A stretch of DNA of 64,000 nucleotides from an uncultured delta proteobacterium (GTDB lineage Bacteria; Myxococcota_A; Polyangia; Polyangiales; Houyiibacteriaceae), in contig CAVOVB010000003.1 of the NCBI GenBank assembly GCA_963699755.1, positions 672,001-736,000 on the forward strand, given 5' to 3'. Position numbers and translations under genes: made by a program. The notes beneath the pieces were generated by a model. It was not told the origin of the DNA. It saw only the letters and a list, made by a program, of their open reading frames with translations, and ran no database searches. Positions 26,774 through 36,707 of the stretch are shown piece after piece (positions within the stretch are counted from its first letter, which is position 1; each line of letters starts with the position of its first letter).

Positions 26774-29700
26774 ATGACAAGACTCTGGAAGCCCTTGCTT
26801 GGTTTGGTGGTCGTCCTCGCGGCGTTCACCATTTCGTTCGGCTGGCCCATTCAAAACGGCCTGCAGATCGACATCGACACCTCCCCAAGGGCTCAGGCCG
26901 CGCGTCAGAAGACGCCTTGGGATCTGACCAAGCTTCAAGTGATGAATCGTGTGATTCATCAGGTGAACGACGACTACGTCGATCCCAAGCGCATCGACCA
27001 CCGCAAGATGATGCTCGCCGGACTCGACGCCATCCAGAAGGACGTGGCGCCGGTCCTCGTGCACTATCAGGAAGGCGCCAAGACGCTCACGGTCCAGGTC
27101 AATAGCCGGGAGCGCGAGTTCGCCATCGAAGACGTGTCGAGCCCCTGGGAGCTCGCCGGGCGGTTCCGAGAGGTCTTCGCCTTCTTGCAAGACGAGCTCA
27201 AGAACGAAGAGGATATCGAGCTCAGCGACGTCGAGTACAGCGCGGTCAACGGGATGCTCAAGACGCTCGACCCGCACACGGTCCTGCTCCCGCCCGAGCT
27301 CTTCGCCGAGATGCAAACCAGCACCCGAGGCGAGTTCGGCGGACTGGGCATCGTCATCTCCATTCGCGACGGGCATCTCACCGTGATCAAGCCGATGGAG
27401 GGCACGCCCGCGTTCAAGGCAGGACTCCAGCGCGGTGACCGGATAGTCAAAATCTCCGACGAGTCGACGCTCAACATGCCCTTGAACGAAGCGGTCGACC
27501 GTCTCCGCGGCCGGCCCGGGTCCAAGGTCACCATCTTCACTCGTCGCCAGAACAAGGCCGGGGACTGGTCTGCGCCCCGGCGTGTCGAGCTCACCAGGGC
27601 CGTCATCGAAATCGGCTCAGTCGAGCACCGGATGCTGCGCGACAATGTCGGCTACGTCCAAATCAAGAACTTCCAGGGCAACACCGAAGCGCACCTTCGC
27701 AGGGCGCTCGCCGACCTTCACAAGAAGCGAATGGTCGGCCTCGTGCTCGATCTTCGGAACAACCCCGGCGGTCTTCTCGATCAGGCCGTGCAAGTTGCCG
27801 ACACCTTCCTCGACGAAGGTCCGATCGTCACGACTTCCTCTCAGGATCCGCGCGAACGCACCGAAGAGTTCGCCGAAGCAGGTGGCACCGAGCCGCGCTA
27901 CCCGATGGTCGTGCTCATCAACGGTCACAGCGCGTCCGCAAGTGAGATTGTCGCCGGCGCTCTCAAGAACCACGACCGCGCCCTGATCATCGGTGAGCAG
28001 AGCTTTGGCAAGGGCTCGGTGCAGGTGCTTTACCAACTTCAAGACGCGTCGGCGCTGAAGCTCACCGTGGCGCAGTACCTGACGCCCGGGGACGTTTCGA
28101 TCCAGGGCGTGGGCATCGTGCCCGACATCGCGATCAGCCCGATGACCGTCGACCGAGAAAACATGGATCTCAAGGTCGATGAGCTCTTCCGCGAATCGGA
28201 TCTGGAGGCTCACCTCACCCATGCGAGCGCGACCGATTCGCAGCGCCCAGCAGTCACCCTGGGCTACTACCTCAACGCGGATTTGCGCCAACGCTTGGCC
28301 GAGTCTGAGCCTGGTGAAGAGGAGAACGAAGCCCAGGAGGCCTTCCTGATCCGCTTCTCGCGGAACATCGTGCTCAACGCCAAATCCCCCAAGCGTTTGC
28401 AGATGCTTCGAGCCGCCCACCCAATCATCGAGCGGGTGCAGAAGCAGGAAACCGAGAAGGTCGTGCGCGAGCTGAAGAAGCTCGACATCGACTGGAGCGT
28501 GGGCGCGGACGAGGGCCCAAGCCAGGTCAAGGTTACCGCTAGGACCAGCGCTGGCGACAAGCCGGCGACCGCCGGCGACCCCTTGTCGCTCGAGATCGAG
28601 GTGACGAACCAGGGCAAACAACCCCTGTATCAGCTCCGCGCGATGACCAGCAGCGACAACCCGTGGTTCGACCGTCGCGAGCTGGTGTTCGGAAAGCTCG
28701 CTCCGGGCGAAACCCGTTCGTGGACAACGACGCTCGGCGGCTGCTTGACCGAGGACCAGAAGAGGGTCTGTCGCATCCCACGCAGCATGATGGATCGCGC
28801 CGATGCGCTTCTGGTCGAGTTTGAAGAGGCGCACGGGCATGCTCCAAAGCCCGTCGAGGTCCGGACGGTGATTCGCGCCCTCCCGCAACCGCGCTTCGTA
28901 TACGGCTTGCAGTTGGCGGACAACATCCACGGCAACGGCGACGGTCGGGTGCAGCGCGGCGAGGAGGTGACCCTGTACGTCACCGTCAAAAACCGCAGCG
29001 ACGTCGATAGCTTCGAGCTTCAGGCCAATCTCCAAAACAAGAGCGGCTCCGGGGTGCTCCTCCATGACGGTCGCTTCCAACGCAGCTCTTTGCACGCGGG
29101 GGAGGAATGGGTGGTTCCCTTCTCGTTCCAGGTGCTCCCCGACTTTGAGGACCAGAAGGCCACATTGATGTTCGGGGTCTCCGATACCGAGCTCGGGGCC
29201 TCGGTCGGTCAGAAGCTCGAGATTCCAATCTCCCAAGAACCGGGGCCGGTGAAGACCTTGGCAGCGAAGCAGGTGGTGAGCTTGGCGCCTGGGGTCGAGA
29301 TCCGGGAGCGGCCCGACCCCAATGCGCCCGTCATAGCGACCGTGAAAGAGTCCTTCCGCGTGCTGCACACCGCGACGAGCGGCGCGTATGAGCGCGTGAA
29401 CCTCGGTGCTGGTCGGCCGGGATGGGTGGCGGCCGGCGCGACATCGCCGTCGCAGGGCCAGGTGTCGAGAGAGCCGCCTGTCGCATGGGCTACTCCCCAC
29501 TCCTCGCCCGAGATCGAGCTCGAGCCCGTAGAGGGCTATGTCACCCGGGGCGACGTCTTCCGCGTGCAGGGCAAGGTGACCGATTCGCAACGGGTGCGTG
29601 ACCTCTACATTTCGACCAGCCGGCACAAAGTCTTCTACGAATCGAATCAGGGCAGCGCCGACCCGAGGGAGCTCACCTTCGATGCCGAGATTCCCGTTCA

Positions 29701-29857
29701 CCCGGGGATGAACTCGATCATGGTGGTGGCTCGCGAGGACAACAACTCGGTCGCCCGGCACTTTTTCATGGTGCGCCGCGACGCCGAAGATGGCTCGCTG
29801 ATGGAGACGACGAAGTTCGAGGGTGCCCTGCTCGGGAACGGCAACGGCCACCACTGA
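26774..29857 (+). CDS. S41 carboxyl-terminal protease (MXAN_5808-like) with PDZ, Ig-like and SH3-like domains
   Basis: LDPHT, GGLGI (PDZ), DLRNNPGG, SASASEI, GKGSVQ. Confidence 0.9.
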   Translation: MTRLWKPLLGLVVVLAAFTISFGWPIQNGLQIDIDTSPRAQAARQKTPWDLTKLQVMNRVIHQVNDDYVDPKRIDHRKMMLAGLDAIQKDVAPVLVHYQEGAKTLTVQVNSREREFAIEDVSSPWELAGRFREVFAFLQDELKNEEDIELSDVEYSAVNGMLKTLDPHTVLLPPELFAEMQTSTRGEFGGLGIVISIRDGHLTVIKPMEGTPAFKAGLQRGDRIVKISDESTLNMPLNEAVDRLRGRPGSKVTIFTRRQNKAGDWSAPRRVELTRAVIEIGSVEHRMLRDNVGYVQIKNFQGNTEAHLRRALADLHKKRMVGLVLDLRNNPGGLLDQAVQVADTFLDEGPIVTTSSQDPRERTEEFAEAGGTEPRYPMVVLINGHSASASEIVAGALKNHDRALIIGEQSFGKGSVQVLYQLQDASALKLTVAQYLTPGDVSIQGVGIVPDIAISPMTVDRENMDLKVDELFRESDLEAHLTHASATDSQRPAVTLGYYLNADLRQRLAESEPGEEENEAQEAFLIRFSRNIVLNAKSPKRLQMLRAAHPIIERVQKQETEKVVRELKKLDIDWSVGADEGPSQVKVTARTSAGDKPATAGDPLSLEIEVTNQGKQPLYQLRAMTSSDNPWFDRRELVFGKLAPGETRSWTTTLGGCLTEDQKRVCRIPRSMMDRADALLVEFEEAHGHAPKPVEVRTVIRALPQPRFVYGLQLADNIHGNGDGRVQRGEEVTLYVTVKNRSDVDSFELQANLQNKSGSGVLLHDGRFQRSSLHAGEEWVVPFSFQVLPDFEDQKATLMFGVSDTELGASVGQKLEIPISQEPGPVKTLAAKQVVSLAPGVEIRERPDPNAPVIATVKESFRVLHTATSGAYERVNLGAGRPGWVAAGATSPSQGQVSREPPVAWATPHSSPEIELEPVEGYVTRGDVFRVQGKVTDSQRVRDLYISTSRHKVFYESNQGSADPRELTFDAEIPVHPGMNSIMVVAREDNNSVARHFFMVRRDAEDGSLMETTKFEGALLGNGNGHH

Positions 29858-29874
29858 CCCGAAGCCCCAGGCCT

Positions 29875-30462
29875 CTAGGACACGGAGAAGAATCCGGCGA
29901 AACGCTCGACGCCCTCGGGTAAAGCGCCTCCTGCGCGGATGTGCTGCCACAGGAGCGGAGCCAAGGTCTCGACCGCCTCGGGGATCGATACCGCCTTCGA
30001 CGAGCAGTCAAAGCTCAAAACGTTTCGCGGTTCAAGCGCGATTACATTGATCTTGCAATCATTCCAGGTGATGTGGAGAGACTCGGGTTCCAAGCGGGGA
30101 AGGGACTGCAGCAGATGCGCTTCCCCCTCGGCCTCGGTGCCCTCGAGAAGCGCCGACTGTTCGATGCGCCCGTGGCGGCTGATGAGCCCAGCGAGCCGCC
30201 GCCGGGCCCTAGGCTGCTCCTCCACCGCAAGGAGCGCGCCAAGTGCGTGGGTCGGATCGGCGGCGTCCTGCAGGACCGCGCGAACCAGTGCTTGGCGCTG
30301 GGGCGCCGCGAGCTCCGCGTAGGCGAACGCCAGGCCATCGAGCGCGGTCGCGTCGTGCAGGATCTGGTCGAGCAAGCTAGCAAAAGAGCCAAAACGCGCC
30401 CGATCTGTGCTTGCAATGCCTGGGCCCGCAGCTTTCACAGCGCCCCTATACCGCAGAGTCAC
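29875..30462 (-). CDS. Hypothetical protein
   Basis: 195-aa ORF filling the gap, divergent from the sigma factor; start uncertain. Confidence 0.55.
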   Translation of the reverse strand: MTLRYRGAVKAAGPGIASTDRARFGSFASLLDQILHDATALDGLAFAYAELAAPQRQALVRAVLQDAADPTHALGALLAVEEQPRARRRLAGLISRHGRIEQSALLEGTEAEGEAHLLQSLPRLEPESLHITWNDCKINVIALEPRNVLSFDCSSKAVSIPEAVETLAPLLWQHIRAGGALPEGVERFAGFFSVS

Positions 30463-30487
30463 CCGTCAGACCAGCCCCTCTATATGT

Positions 30488-30510
30488 AGTCAAAGGTATT
30501 CTACTTGACT
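30488..30510. promoter_or_regulatory. Inverted repeat / back-to-back -35 elements
   Basis: AGTCAA-N11-TTGACT in an AT-rich divergent gap. Confidence 0.45.
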
Positions 30511-30553
30511 TCATTAACCCACCCGGGTAAAGGAACTCTGCTCGGGAGCCGGT

Positions 30554-31150
30554 ATGCAGGGATCGGAGCTCATCGCAGAACATGAGAAAATGGTCTACGG
30601 CCTTGCGAGTCGCCTCCGGCGCGAGCTGGCGCTTCGAGGCGACCTGGAAGACCTGATTGCCTTCGGCTTCGGCGGCCTCTTAGAGGCGCAGCGACGGTTT
30701 GACCCAGGCCGTGGGGTTCGATTTCAGACCTTCGCCTACTATCGGATCCGGGGGGCGATGCTCGACGGGGTCCGGCAGATGGCCGACCTGCCCCGCCGCG
30801 CCCATGAACGCTTCCAGGCGTCCGCGGGAGTTGCGCCCACGGCTGTGCCCAGCCGCCTCGACCAGGCGTTTACGCGCATGAGCGCAAGCCTCAGCACCGC
30901 CTCGGTGCTGCAAGGGAGCTTCGGCGGCGAAAGCCCGGAGGCGGTGCTCCTCAGGAACGAGAGCGTGACGCGGCTTCTGCAGGCGCTCCCTCGCTTATCA
31001 CCCAGGCAGCGGGTCCTCATCCGAGGGTTCTACTTCGAGGGCCGCTCGATCGACGCGATGGCCCAGGCGCTGGGCATCTCGAGGTCCTGGGCCAGCCGCA
31101 TTCATCGGAGCGCGCTCGAGGAGCTTCGCGGGGCGCTCGGGCCCCCTTGA
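30554..31150 (+). CDS. Sigma70-family sigma factor, FliA/WhiG-like
   Basis: DLIAFGFGGLLEA..RFDP.RGV.F.TFA..RIRGAMLD (region 2); region 4 LGISRSWASRIH. Confidence 0.9.
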   Translation: MQGSELIAEHEKMVYGLASRLRRELALRGDLEDLIAFGFGGLLEAQRRFDPGRGVRFQTFAYYRIRGAMLDGVRQMADLPRRAHERFQASAGVAPTAVPSRLDQAFTRMSASLSTASVLQGSFGGESPEAVLLRNESVTRLLQALPRLSPRQRVLIRGFYFEGRSIDAMAQALGISRSWASRIHRSALEELRGALGPP

Positions 31151-31199
31151 GCAGAAGTCGGCCGTCCAGCCGAAATCCCGGTCTTCCCGGCATGTTGCA

Positions 31200-31248
31200 T
31201 GCGCAGGCTGGTGCGCGCTTGTGCCTCACATGCGAACCGCATTGCGCA
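31200..31248. promoter_or_regulatory. Tandem palindromic enhancer candidates
   Basis: TGCGCA-N6-TGCGCG (31200-31217) and TGCGAA-N6-TGCGCA (31231-31248). Confidence 0.5.
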
Positions 31249-31360
31249 CTTATCACCTGGTGTGAGCCTTTCTGACCCAGCTGTGGCAAAACCGGTTCTT
31301 CCTTGTAAATTCCAGTGTAAAGCGAGCCCCAGAATCATTGGTTTTGCCGTTTTCTACAAG

Positions 31361-31376
31361 TGGCACGCAATCTGCA
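31361..31376 (+). promoter_or_regulatory. Sigma54 (-24/-12) promoter
   Basis: TGGCACGCAATCTGCA, GG-N10-GC spacing. Confidence 0.75.
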
Positions 31377-31391
31377 TCATGCTCGAGCACA

Positions 31392-31580
31392 ATGGGGGCT
31401 ACACGATCACAAAACCCGAAGCCGGGGGCAGACAACCGTGGCGTTCGGATCATCGCGAAATCGGTTTATCGCGAGCTCCGCAATAGCGGCCACAGCCGTT
31501 CGGACATCGTCGCGTTTACCAATGCGGTGCTCGAGCTGGTGACCACCGAGCTTCGTGACGCCCAGGAGGCAGCGGAGTAA
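31392..31580 (+). CDS. Small helical hypothetical protein (62 aa)
   Basis: RIIAKSVYRELRNSGHSRSDIVAFTNAVLELV amphipathic helices; directly after a sigma54 promoter. Confidence 0.65.
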   Translation: MGATRSQNPKPGADNRGVRIIAKSVYRELRNSGHSRSDIVAFTNAVLELVTTELRDAQEAAE

Positions 31581-31725
31581 CGATCGCGAGTCGCGCTGAC
31601 TCCGGTCAAAAGCGCAGACTATTCGCGTGCTTGGCTCCTTGACCGATCGGTCGTGCGCGCTACGTTCCGCGCTCGCTGGCGACCCAGTTGGACTGGGCTG
31701 CAGTCGGGAGGGAGTCGAACGAACA

Positions 31726-32733
31726 ATGGCCACGAAAATCGGAATCAATGGGTTTGGACGAATCGGGCGCTGCGTTGCTCGAATCGCTGCGGAGCGCGCA
31801 GACGTCGAAATCGTCGGAATTAACGACCTCACCAGTGCGGCGATGCTCGCTCATCTTCTCGAGTGGGACTCGGTGCATCGGCACTTCCCGCACCCGGTCA
31901 AGGTCGAGGGCAGCGCGATTCGGATCGGGGACCATCTCATTCCGGTGTCGGCCGAGCGAGACCCGTCGAAGCTGAAGTGGAAAGAGCTCGGCGCTGAGGT
32001 TGTGCTCGAGTGCACCGGCTTGTTCCGCACGAAGGAAGCCGCATCGGCGCATTTGAAGGCTGGCGCAGAGCGCGTGATCATCAGCGCGCCCGGCAAGGGT
32101 AAGATCGACGGCACCTTCGTCGTCGGCATCAACAGCGACGCGTTCAACCCGAAGACCGATCAGATCATCAGCTGTGCATCCTGCACGACCAACTGCTTGG
32201 CCCCGCTTGCCAAGGTCCTGAACGACAGCTTTGGCATCGTGAAAGGTCACATGGTCACCGTGCACGCATACACGAACGACCAGGGTCTTCTCGACCAGCC
32301 GCACTCGGACATGCGCCGGGCACGCGCCGCGGCGCTTTCGATGATTCCGACCTCCACCGGTGCGGCGACGGCGATTGGCCTCGTGATTCCGGAGCTTCAA
32401 GGTAAGCTTGCCGGCACCGCGATTCGGGTGCCGACTCCCAACGTATCGCTCACCTGTCTCACTGCGCTGCTCGCCAAGAGCACCGACCGGGACGCGGTCA
32501 ACGCGGCGCTCAAGGCTGCTGCAGAGGGCCCACTCAAGGGCATCCTCCAGTTCGAGGAGGCGCCGCTCGTCTCGGTCGACTTCATGGGCAACCCTCATTC
32601 GTCGATTTGCGACGCAGCGCAGACTGAGGTCGTAGGGGGAGACCTCGTCGAGGTGCAGAGCTGGTACGACAACGAGTGGGGCTTCTCGAACCGCATGCTC
32701 GACCTGGTGCGGATCGTCTCGAGCGCGAGCTAA
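31726..32733 (+). CDS. gap: Glyceraldehyde-3-phosphate dehydrogenase, type I
   Basis: [27 protein letters not shown]. Confidence 0.97.
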   Translation: MATKIGINGFGRIGRCVARIAAERADVEIVGINDLTSAAMLAHLLEWDSVHRHFPHPVKVEGSAIRIGDHLIPVSAERDPSKLKWKELGAEVVLECTGLFRTKEAASAHLKAGAERVIISAPGKGKIDGTFVVGINSDAFNPKTDQIISCASCTTNCLAPLAKVLNDSFGIVKGHMVTVHAYTNDQGLLDQPHSDMRRARAAALSMIPTSTGAATAIGLVIPELQGKLAGTAIRVPTPNVSLTCLTALLAKSTDRDAVNAALKAAAEGPLKGILQFEEAPLVSVDFMGNPHSSICDAAQTEVVGGDLVEVQSWYDNEWGFSNRMLDLVRIVSSAS

Positions 32734-32737
32734 GCCT

Positions 32738-33925
32738 GTGCCCGAAGCCATTCGTTCGATCGAGGACCTGAACCTCGAAAGTGTTGCTACGTTCATTCGC
32801 GTCGACTTCAACGTTCCGTTGAAGAACGGCGAAATAACGGACGACACCCGGATTCGTGCCGCTCTGCCGACGATTCGCTACGCGCTCGAACAGGGCGCGC
32901 GGGTGGTGTTGGCGTCACACCTGGGTCGGCCGAAGGGCAAGGTCGTCCCCGAGCTATCGCTCGAGCCGGTCGCGGTTCGCTTGGCGGAGCTACTCGACGT
33001 CGGTGAGGTGTCTCTCACCGACGACTGCATCGGAGACGGCGCGCGCAAGGTCGTTCAAGACCTTCGCGACGGCCAGGTGGCACTGCTCGAGAACCTGCGC
33101 TTCCACCCGGAGGAAAAGAGCAACGACGTCGAATTCGCGCGGGAGCTCGGAGGTTCTTGCACCGCGTACGTGAACGACGCGTTTGGAGCTGCACACCGGG
33201 CGCACGCCTCGGTGAGCGCCCTTCCTCGTCTCATCGAGGACCGCGCTGCGGGCTTTCTGCTGCAGCGGGAGCTCGAGGCGCTCGACAAGCTGCGCACCGA
33301 TCCACCACGTCCGTACGTCGCCATCCTCGGCGGCGCGAAGGTGAGCGATAAGATCGGCGTCATGGAAGCGCTGCTCGGCAAGGTCGATGCGCTCCTGATC
33401 GGTGGCGCGATGGCGAACACGTTCCTGGCCGCGCGTGGCCTCAGTGTGGGGAAGAGTCTTTGCGAGGACGACAAGCTCGCGCTCGCTCGGAGCCTGATGG
33501 CCGCGGCGGAAGAGAGCGAAGTGGACCTGCTTCTGCCCATCGACGTTCGGATTGGGGACTCGATCGACTCCGCCAAGGCGCGGGCCGTGGGCGTCGACGC
33601 GATTCCCGCAGATGCCATGGCACTCGACATCGGCCCCGAGACGGAGCGCCTCTTCCGGGACCGTCTCCGCCGCTCGATGGCGGTGTTCTGGAACGGGCCA
33701 ATGGGGCTCTTCGAAAATGCGGCTTTTGCCGAGGGCACTTTGGCGGTGGCGCGAGCGGCCGCGGATTGTCCGGGGTTTAGCGTGGTGGGCGGAGGCGATA
33801 GCGTTGCCGCCGTGAAACAAGCCAATCTGGCGAGCCGCTTCGATCATGTGTCCACTGGCGGCGGCGCCTCATTGGAGTATCTAGAGGGCCGCCCTCTTCC
33901 CGGCGTGGAGGCCCTCAAGCCATGA
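32738..33925 (+). CDS. pgk: Phosphoglycerate kinase
   Basis: [35 protein letters not shown]. Confidence 0.97.
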   Translation: MPEAIRSIEDLNLESVATFIRVDFNVPLKNGEITDDTRIRAALPTIRYALEQGARVVLASHLGRPKGKVVPELSLEPVAVRLAELLDVGEVSLTDDCIGDGARKVVQDLRDGQVALLENLRFHPEEKSNDVEFARELGGSCTAYVNDAFGAAHRAHASVSALPRLIEDRAAGFLLQRELEALDKLRTDPPRPYVAILGGAKVSDKIGVMEALLGKVDALLIGGAMANTFLAARGLSVGKSLCEDDKLALARSLMAAAEESEVDLLLPIDVRIGDSIDSAKARAVGVDAIPADAMALDIGPETERLFRDRLRRSMAVFWNGPMGLFENAAFAEGTLAVARAAADCPGFSVVGGGDSVAAVKQANLASRFDHVSTGGGASLEYLEGRPLPGVEALKP

Positions 33926-34698
33926 CCAACCGAAGACCGCTGATCGCAGGCAACTGGAAACTGCACAACACCATCGCCGAGTCTCAGGCATTGGCCGGCG
34001 CGATTGCCGCCCACGTCGGCGCTGGGCTGGCCTGTGACGTGGTTGTCGGTCCGGTGGCAACCTCGCTGACCTCGGTGAAGAAGACTCTCGAAGGGTCCGC
34101 TGTTGGCCTGTCGGCGCAGAACACGCATTGGGAGGATTCGGGCGCTTGGACCGGCGAGCTGAGCCCTACGCTCCTGCTCGACGCCGGTTGCGGCTACTGC
34201 ATCATCGGCCATTCGGAGCGACGTCAGTTCTTCGGCGAGACCGACGAAGGCGTCCGCAAGAAGGTCGGCGCGCTGCTCGTGCACAAGGTCGTACCGATCC
34301 TCTGCTGCGGCGAGAGCCTCGAAGAGCGAGACGCGGGCAAGACCCTCGAGGTCGTCCTAGGGCAAATCGAAGCAGCGACCGATGGATACGACGCCGTGGC
34401 CCTGGCGCCGCTCGTCGTGGCCTACGAACCGATCTGGGCGATTGGCACGGGCCGGACAGCCAAAGCCGCGGACGCACAAGAGGTGCACAGCGCGATTCGG
34501 GCCCGCCTCGCGGAGCTCAAGGGCAAATCGTGGGCAGACTCAGTTCGCATTCTGTATGGCGGGAGCGTGAAGCCCAGCAATGCGGACGAGCTGCTCTCCC
34601 AGCCCGATGTGGACGGCGCGCTGGTCGGTGGTGCGTCGCTCAGTCCCGACAATTTCATTCCGATTATCGACGCCGGCGTTCGCCGGGCAGAGAGCTGA
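33922..34698 (+). CDS. tpiA: Triosephosphate isomerase
   Basis: [29 protein letters not shown]. Confidence 0.97.
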   Translation: MTNRRPLIAGNWKLHNTIAESQALAGAIAAHVGAGLACDVVVGPVATSLTSVKKTLEGSAVGLSAQNTHWEDSGAWTGELSPTLLLDAGCGYCIIGHSERRQFFGETDEGVRKKVGALLVHKVVPILCCGESLEERDAGKTLEVVLGQIEAATDGYDAVALAPLVVAYEPIWAIGTGRTAKAADAQEVHSAIRARLAELKGKSWADSVRILYGGSVKPSNADELLSQPDVDGALVGGASLSPDNFIPIIDAGVRRAES

Positions 34699-34702
34699 GC
34701 TC

Positions 34703-35140
34703 ATGTATACCCTCATTTCGATCATCTATGTCTTCGTTTGCCTCTTCCTCATCCTCGTCGTGCTCTTGCAGTCGGGCAAAGGTGGCGGCCTCGGCTCGGC
34801 GTTTGGTGGGGGCACAAGCCAGCAAATTTTCGGTGGCGCCGGCGCAGGCAACCTACTCACTCGACTGACCGCCGGCTTCGCATTCACGTTCATGGCGCTT
34901 TCGGTCTGGCTCGCATTCCTTTCGTCTTCTGGTGAGCAGGCACTCGACCGCGCAGTGCGTGAGCAAACCGCCGCGCAAGAAGCGGCCGCGGAGATCGAAG
35001 CAGAAGAGGCCGAGGAAGCCGCGGCGGAAGCCGAAGAGGCTGCTGCGGCGGAGGCCGAGACTGAGGTCGAGGTGGAGATCGAGGCCGAGGTCGAGGCTGA
35101 ACAGGCGGCTGAAGAGGGTGCTGCCGAGGAGCAGCGGTAG
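34703..35140 (+). CDS. secG: Preprotein translocase subunit SecG with acidic C-terminal tail
   Basis: VLLQSGKGGGLGSAFGG...LTRLT; follows tpiA. Confidence 0.93.
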   Translation: MYTLISIIYVFVCLFLILVVLLQSGKGGGLGSAFGGGTSQQIFGGAGAGNLLTRLTAGFAFTFMALSVWLAFLSSSGEQALDRAVREQTAAQEAAAEIEAEEAEEAAAEAEEAAAAEAETEVEVEIEAEVEAEQAAEEGAAEEQR

Positions 35141-35184
35141 CATCGGCGCCCTGCAAGGTCGATGAAGCCCGCGACCACCACCGC

Positions 35185-36555
35185 TTACGGTCGCGCCTTC
35201 TGACGCAAAGCCTTCCCTTCGATCCCGCGCCAAGCCTGATGCTCCTGCCCTGCCTGCTTCGAATCGCCGAGCGCTTCGTAGAGCGCAGGAAGCGCGACAG
35301 AGATCGGCCGAGCCTTCACGGCGCTCTCCCAAGCCACTCGAAACTCCGAAAGGTTCGACGCAAAGGGAACGATCAGCTTCCCCCGAACCAGCGACAACGG
35401 CGCTGACCCTGCCCCTCCAGCTCCCGCAGCTGCCTCCCCGTGCACATGCGGCTCTCCGGTCTCGCAGGCCGCGCAATGATGCTCAAGCCGTTCCTGCTGA
35501 ATGAACACGCGTACGCCCTCGGGTAGCGCTTCCTCGAGGCTCTGAACGGCGCCCGCCCCTCGCTCGAGGGCGACGAAGGGCCATCGGCGCTCGTTGCCTG
35601 GGCGCAGAATCTCCAGCAATGGGAAGACCGGGATGGCTTCTTCGGCCGAAGTCCTGTGGGCGGCGACCGGCGCCCCGTCCCAAAGCACCAAATCGCCGTA
35701 GTCGATGGGCGCGTCGCGGAATGTGGGCGATTGCACGACGCCATGGCACGGGCTGAGGGGCGCGATCCAGACCAGCTCGAAGCCCACTGCGTTGTCGGGG
35801 AGCTGGGAGGTGGCGTCGGTTGAAGGCCTGCGCGAAAGCACGCGGAGCAGCATCGGCGGGAGGTCGGCGACGTAGGGCATGCCGCGCGACCGATCGAGTC
35901 GCGCGGGGATGCCGATCTCTTCCCAGGTTTCGACGGCCTCTTCGCCCTTGCCGAGAGCGGTCGCACAGATCGCGAGATTCCAGAGCACGGGCCGCTGAGG
36001 CCCCAGACGCATCTTGGCTTGCTCGTTTGCGGCGTAGCCCTCGTCGAACCTACCGCGCCACTTGTCGAGCAGGCCTGCGTCGTACCACCACTCGCCGCGC
36101 TCGGGGTCGAGCTCGATCGCGCGCGTGAACGCTTCCTGCGCTTCGGCATCCCGGCCCGGGCCGCAGAGTCGGAGCGCGTTGCCTAGCATCGCGTGCAGGT
36201 TGCCGGCGACCTCGGGGTCGTTGCGATCTGGCTCATCGAGTGCTTCCAAGCATCGCGTCAATGCGCTCGCGGCCCAGGCAGCCGGTCCGTCTTCGCTGAG
36301 CGGGGGCTCGTCCATGCCGCGCCGGCCGGCCTGCTCGATCAGAAGCGACGTCGCTCCCAGCGTCAGGCGCCAGTCCCCTGTCCAAGCGTCGACCAGCTCC
36401 CGGAGGAGATCGCGCTGGGCGACCCCATTGCCCATTTCCCGAATCAAGCCCAGTGCCAGCTCGACGAGCGTTCGGTCGGAACCTAACTGGCTCCGCCGCC
36501 CAAGGAGCGCTCTCCAGGCAGATTCCAGGTCTTCAGTCGGTTCGAGCTGGTTCAT
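35185..36555 (-). CDS. TPR-containing hypothetical protein
   Basis: EAFTRAIELDP..W...G; C-terminal LSPCHG and HHCAAC...H.H. Confidence 0.75.
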   Translation of the reverse strand: MNQLEPTEDLESAWRALLGRRSQLGSDRTLVELALGLIREMGNGVAQRDLLRELVDAWTGDWRLTLGATSLLIEQAGRRGMDEPPLSEDGPAAWAASALTRCLEALDEPDRNDPEVAGNLHAMLGNALRLCGPGRDAEAQEAFTRAIELDPERGEWWYDAGLLDKWRGRFDEGYAANEQAKMRLGPQRPVLWNLAICATALGKGEEAVETWEEIGIPARLDRSRGMPYVADLPPMLLRVLSRRPSTDATSQLPDNAVGFELVWIAPLSPCHGVVQSPTFRDAPIDYGDLVLWDGAPVAAHRTSAEEAIPVFPLLEILRPGNERRWPFVALERGAGAVQSLEEALPEGVRVFIQQERLEHHCAACETGEPHVHGEAAAGAGGAGSAPLSLVRGKLIVPFASNLSEFRVAWESAVKARPISVALPALYEALGDSKQAGQEHQAWRGIEGKALRQKARP

Positions 36556-36707
36556 GCGGCCGGAGCTTAGCAGCCGGCACTTGCTTGTCAGCGCTGCTCT
36601 GGCTTGCAGTGCTCGATTTCAACCTCTTCTTGGTGGAGGCAGCCGTTTTTCGCTAACCTGAGGGCGCGCGCGCCAGTTTTGGGCCGCCACTGACGAACGG
36701 GGATGGG

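Noticed and set aside
27617..29950. 777-aa minus-strand ORF
   Set aside because: Antisense shadow of the S41 protease.
32170..32200. [13 protein letters not shown] instead of NASCTTNC
   Set aside because: A commonly variable position; the catalytic Cys is intact.
35141..35164. tRNA often found after secG
   Set aside because: Only a short CATCGGC/GTCGATG hairpin; no cloverleaf or T-loop.
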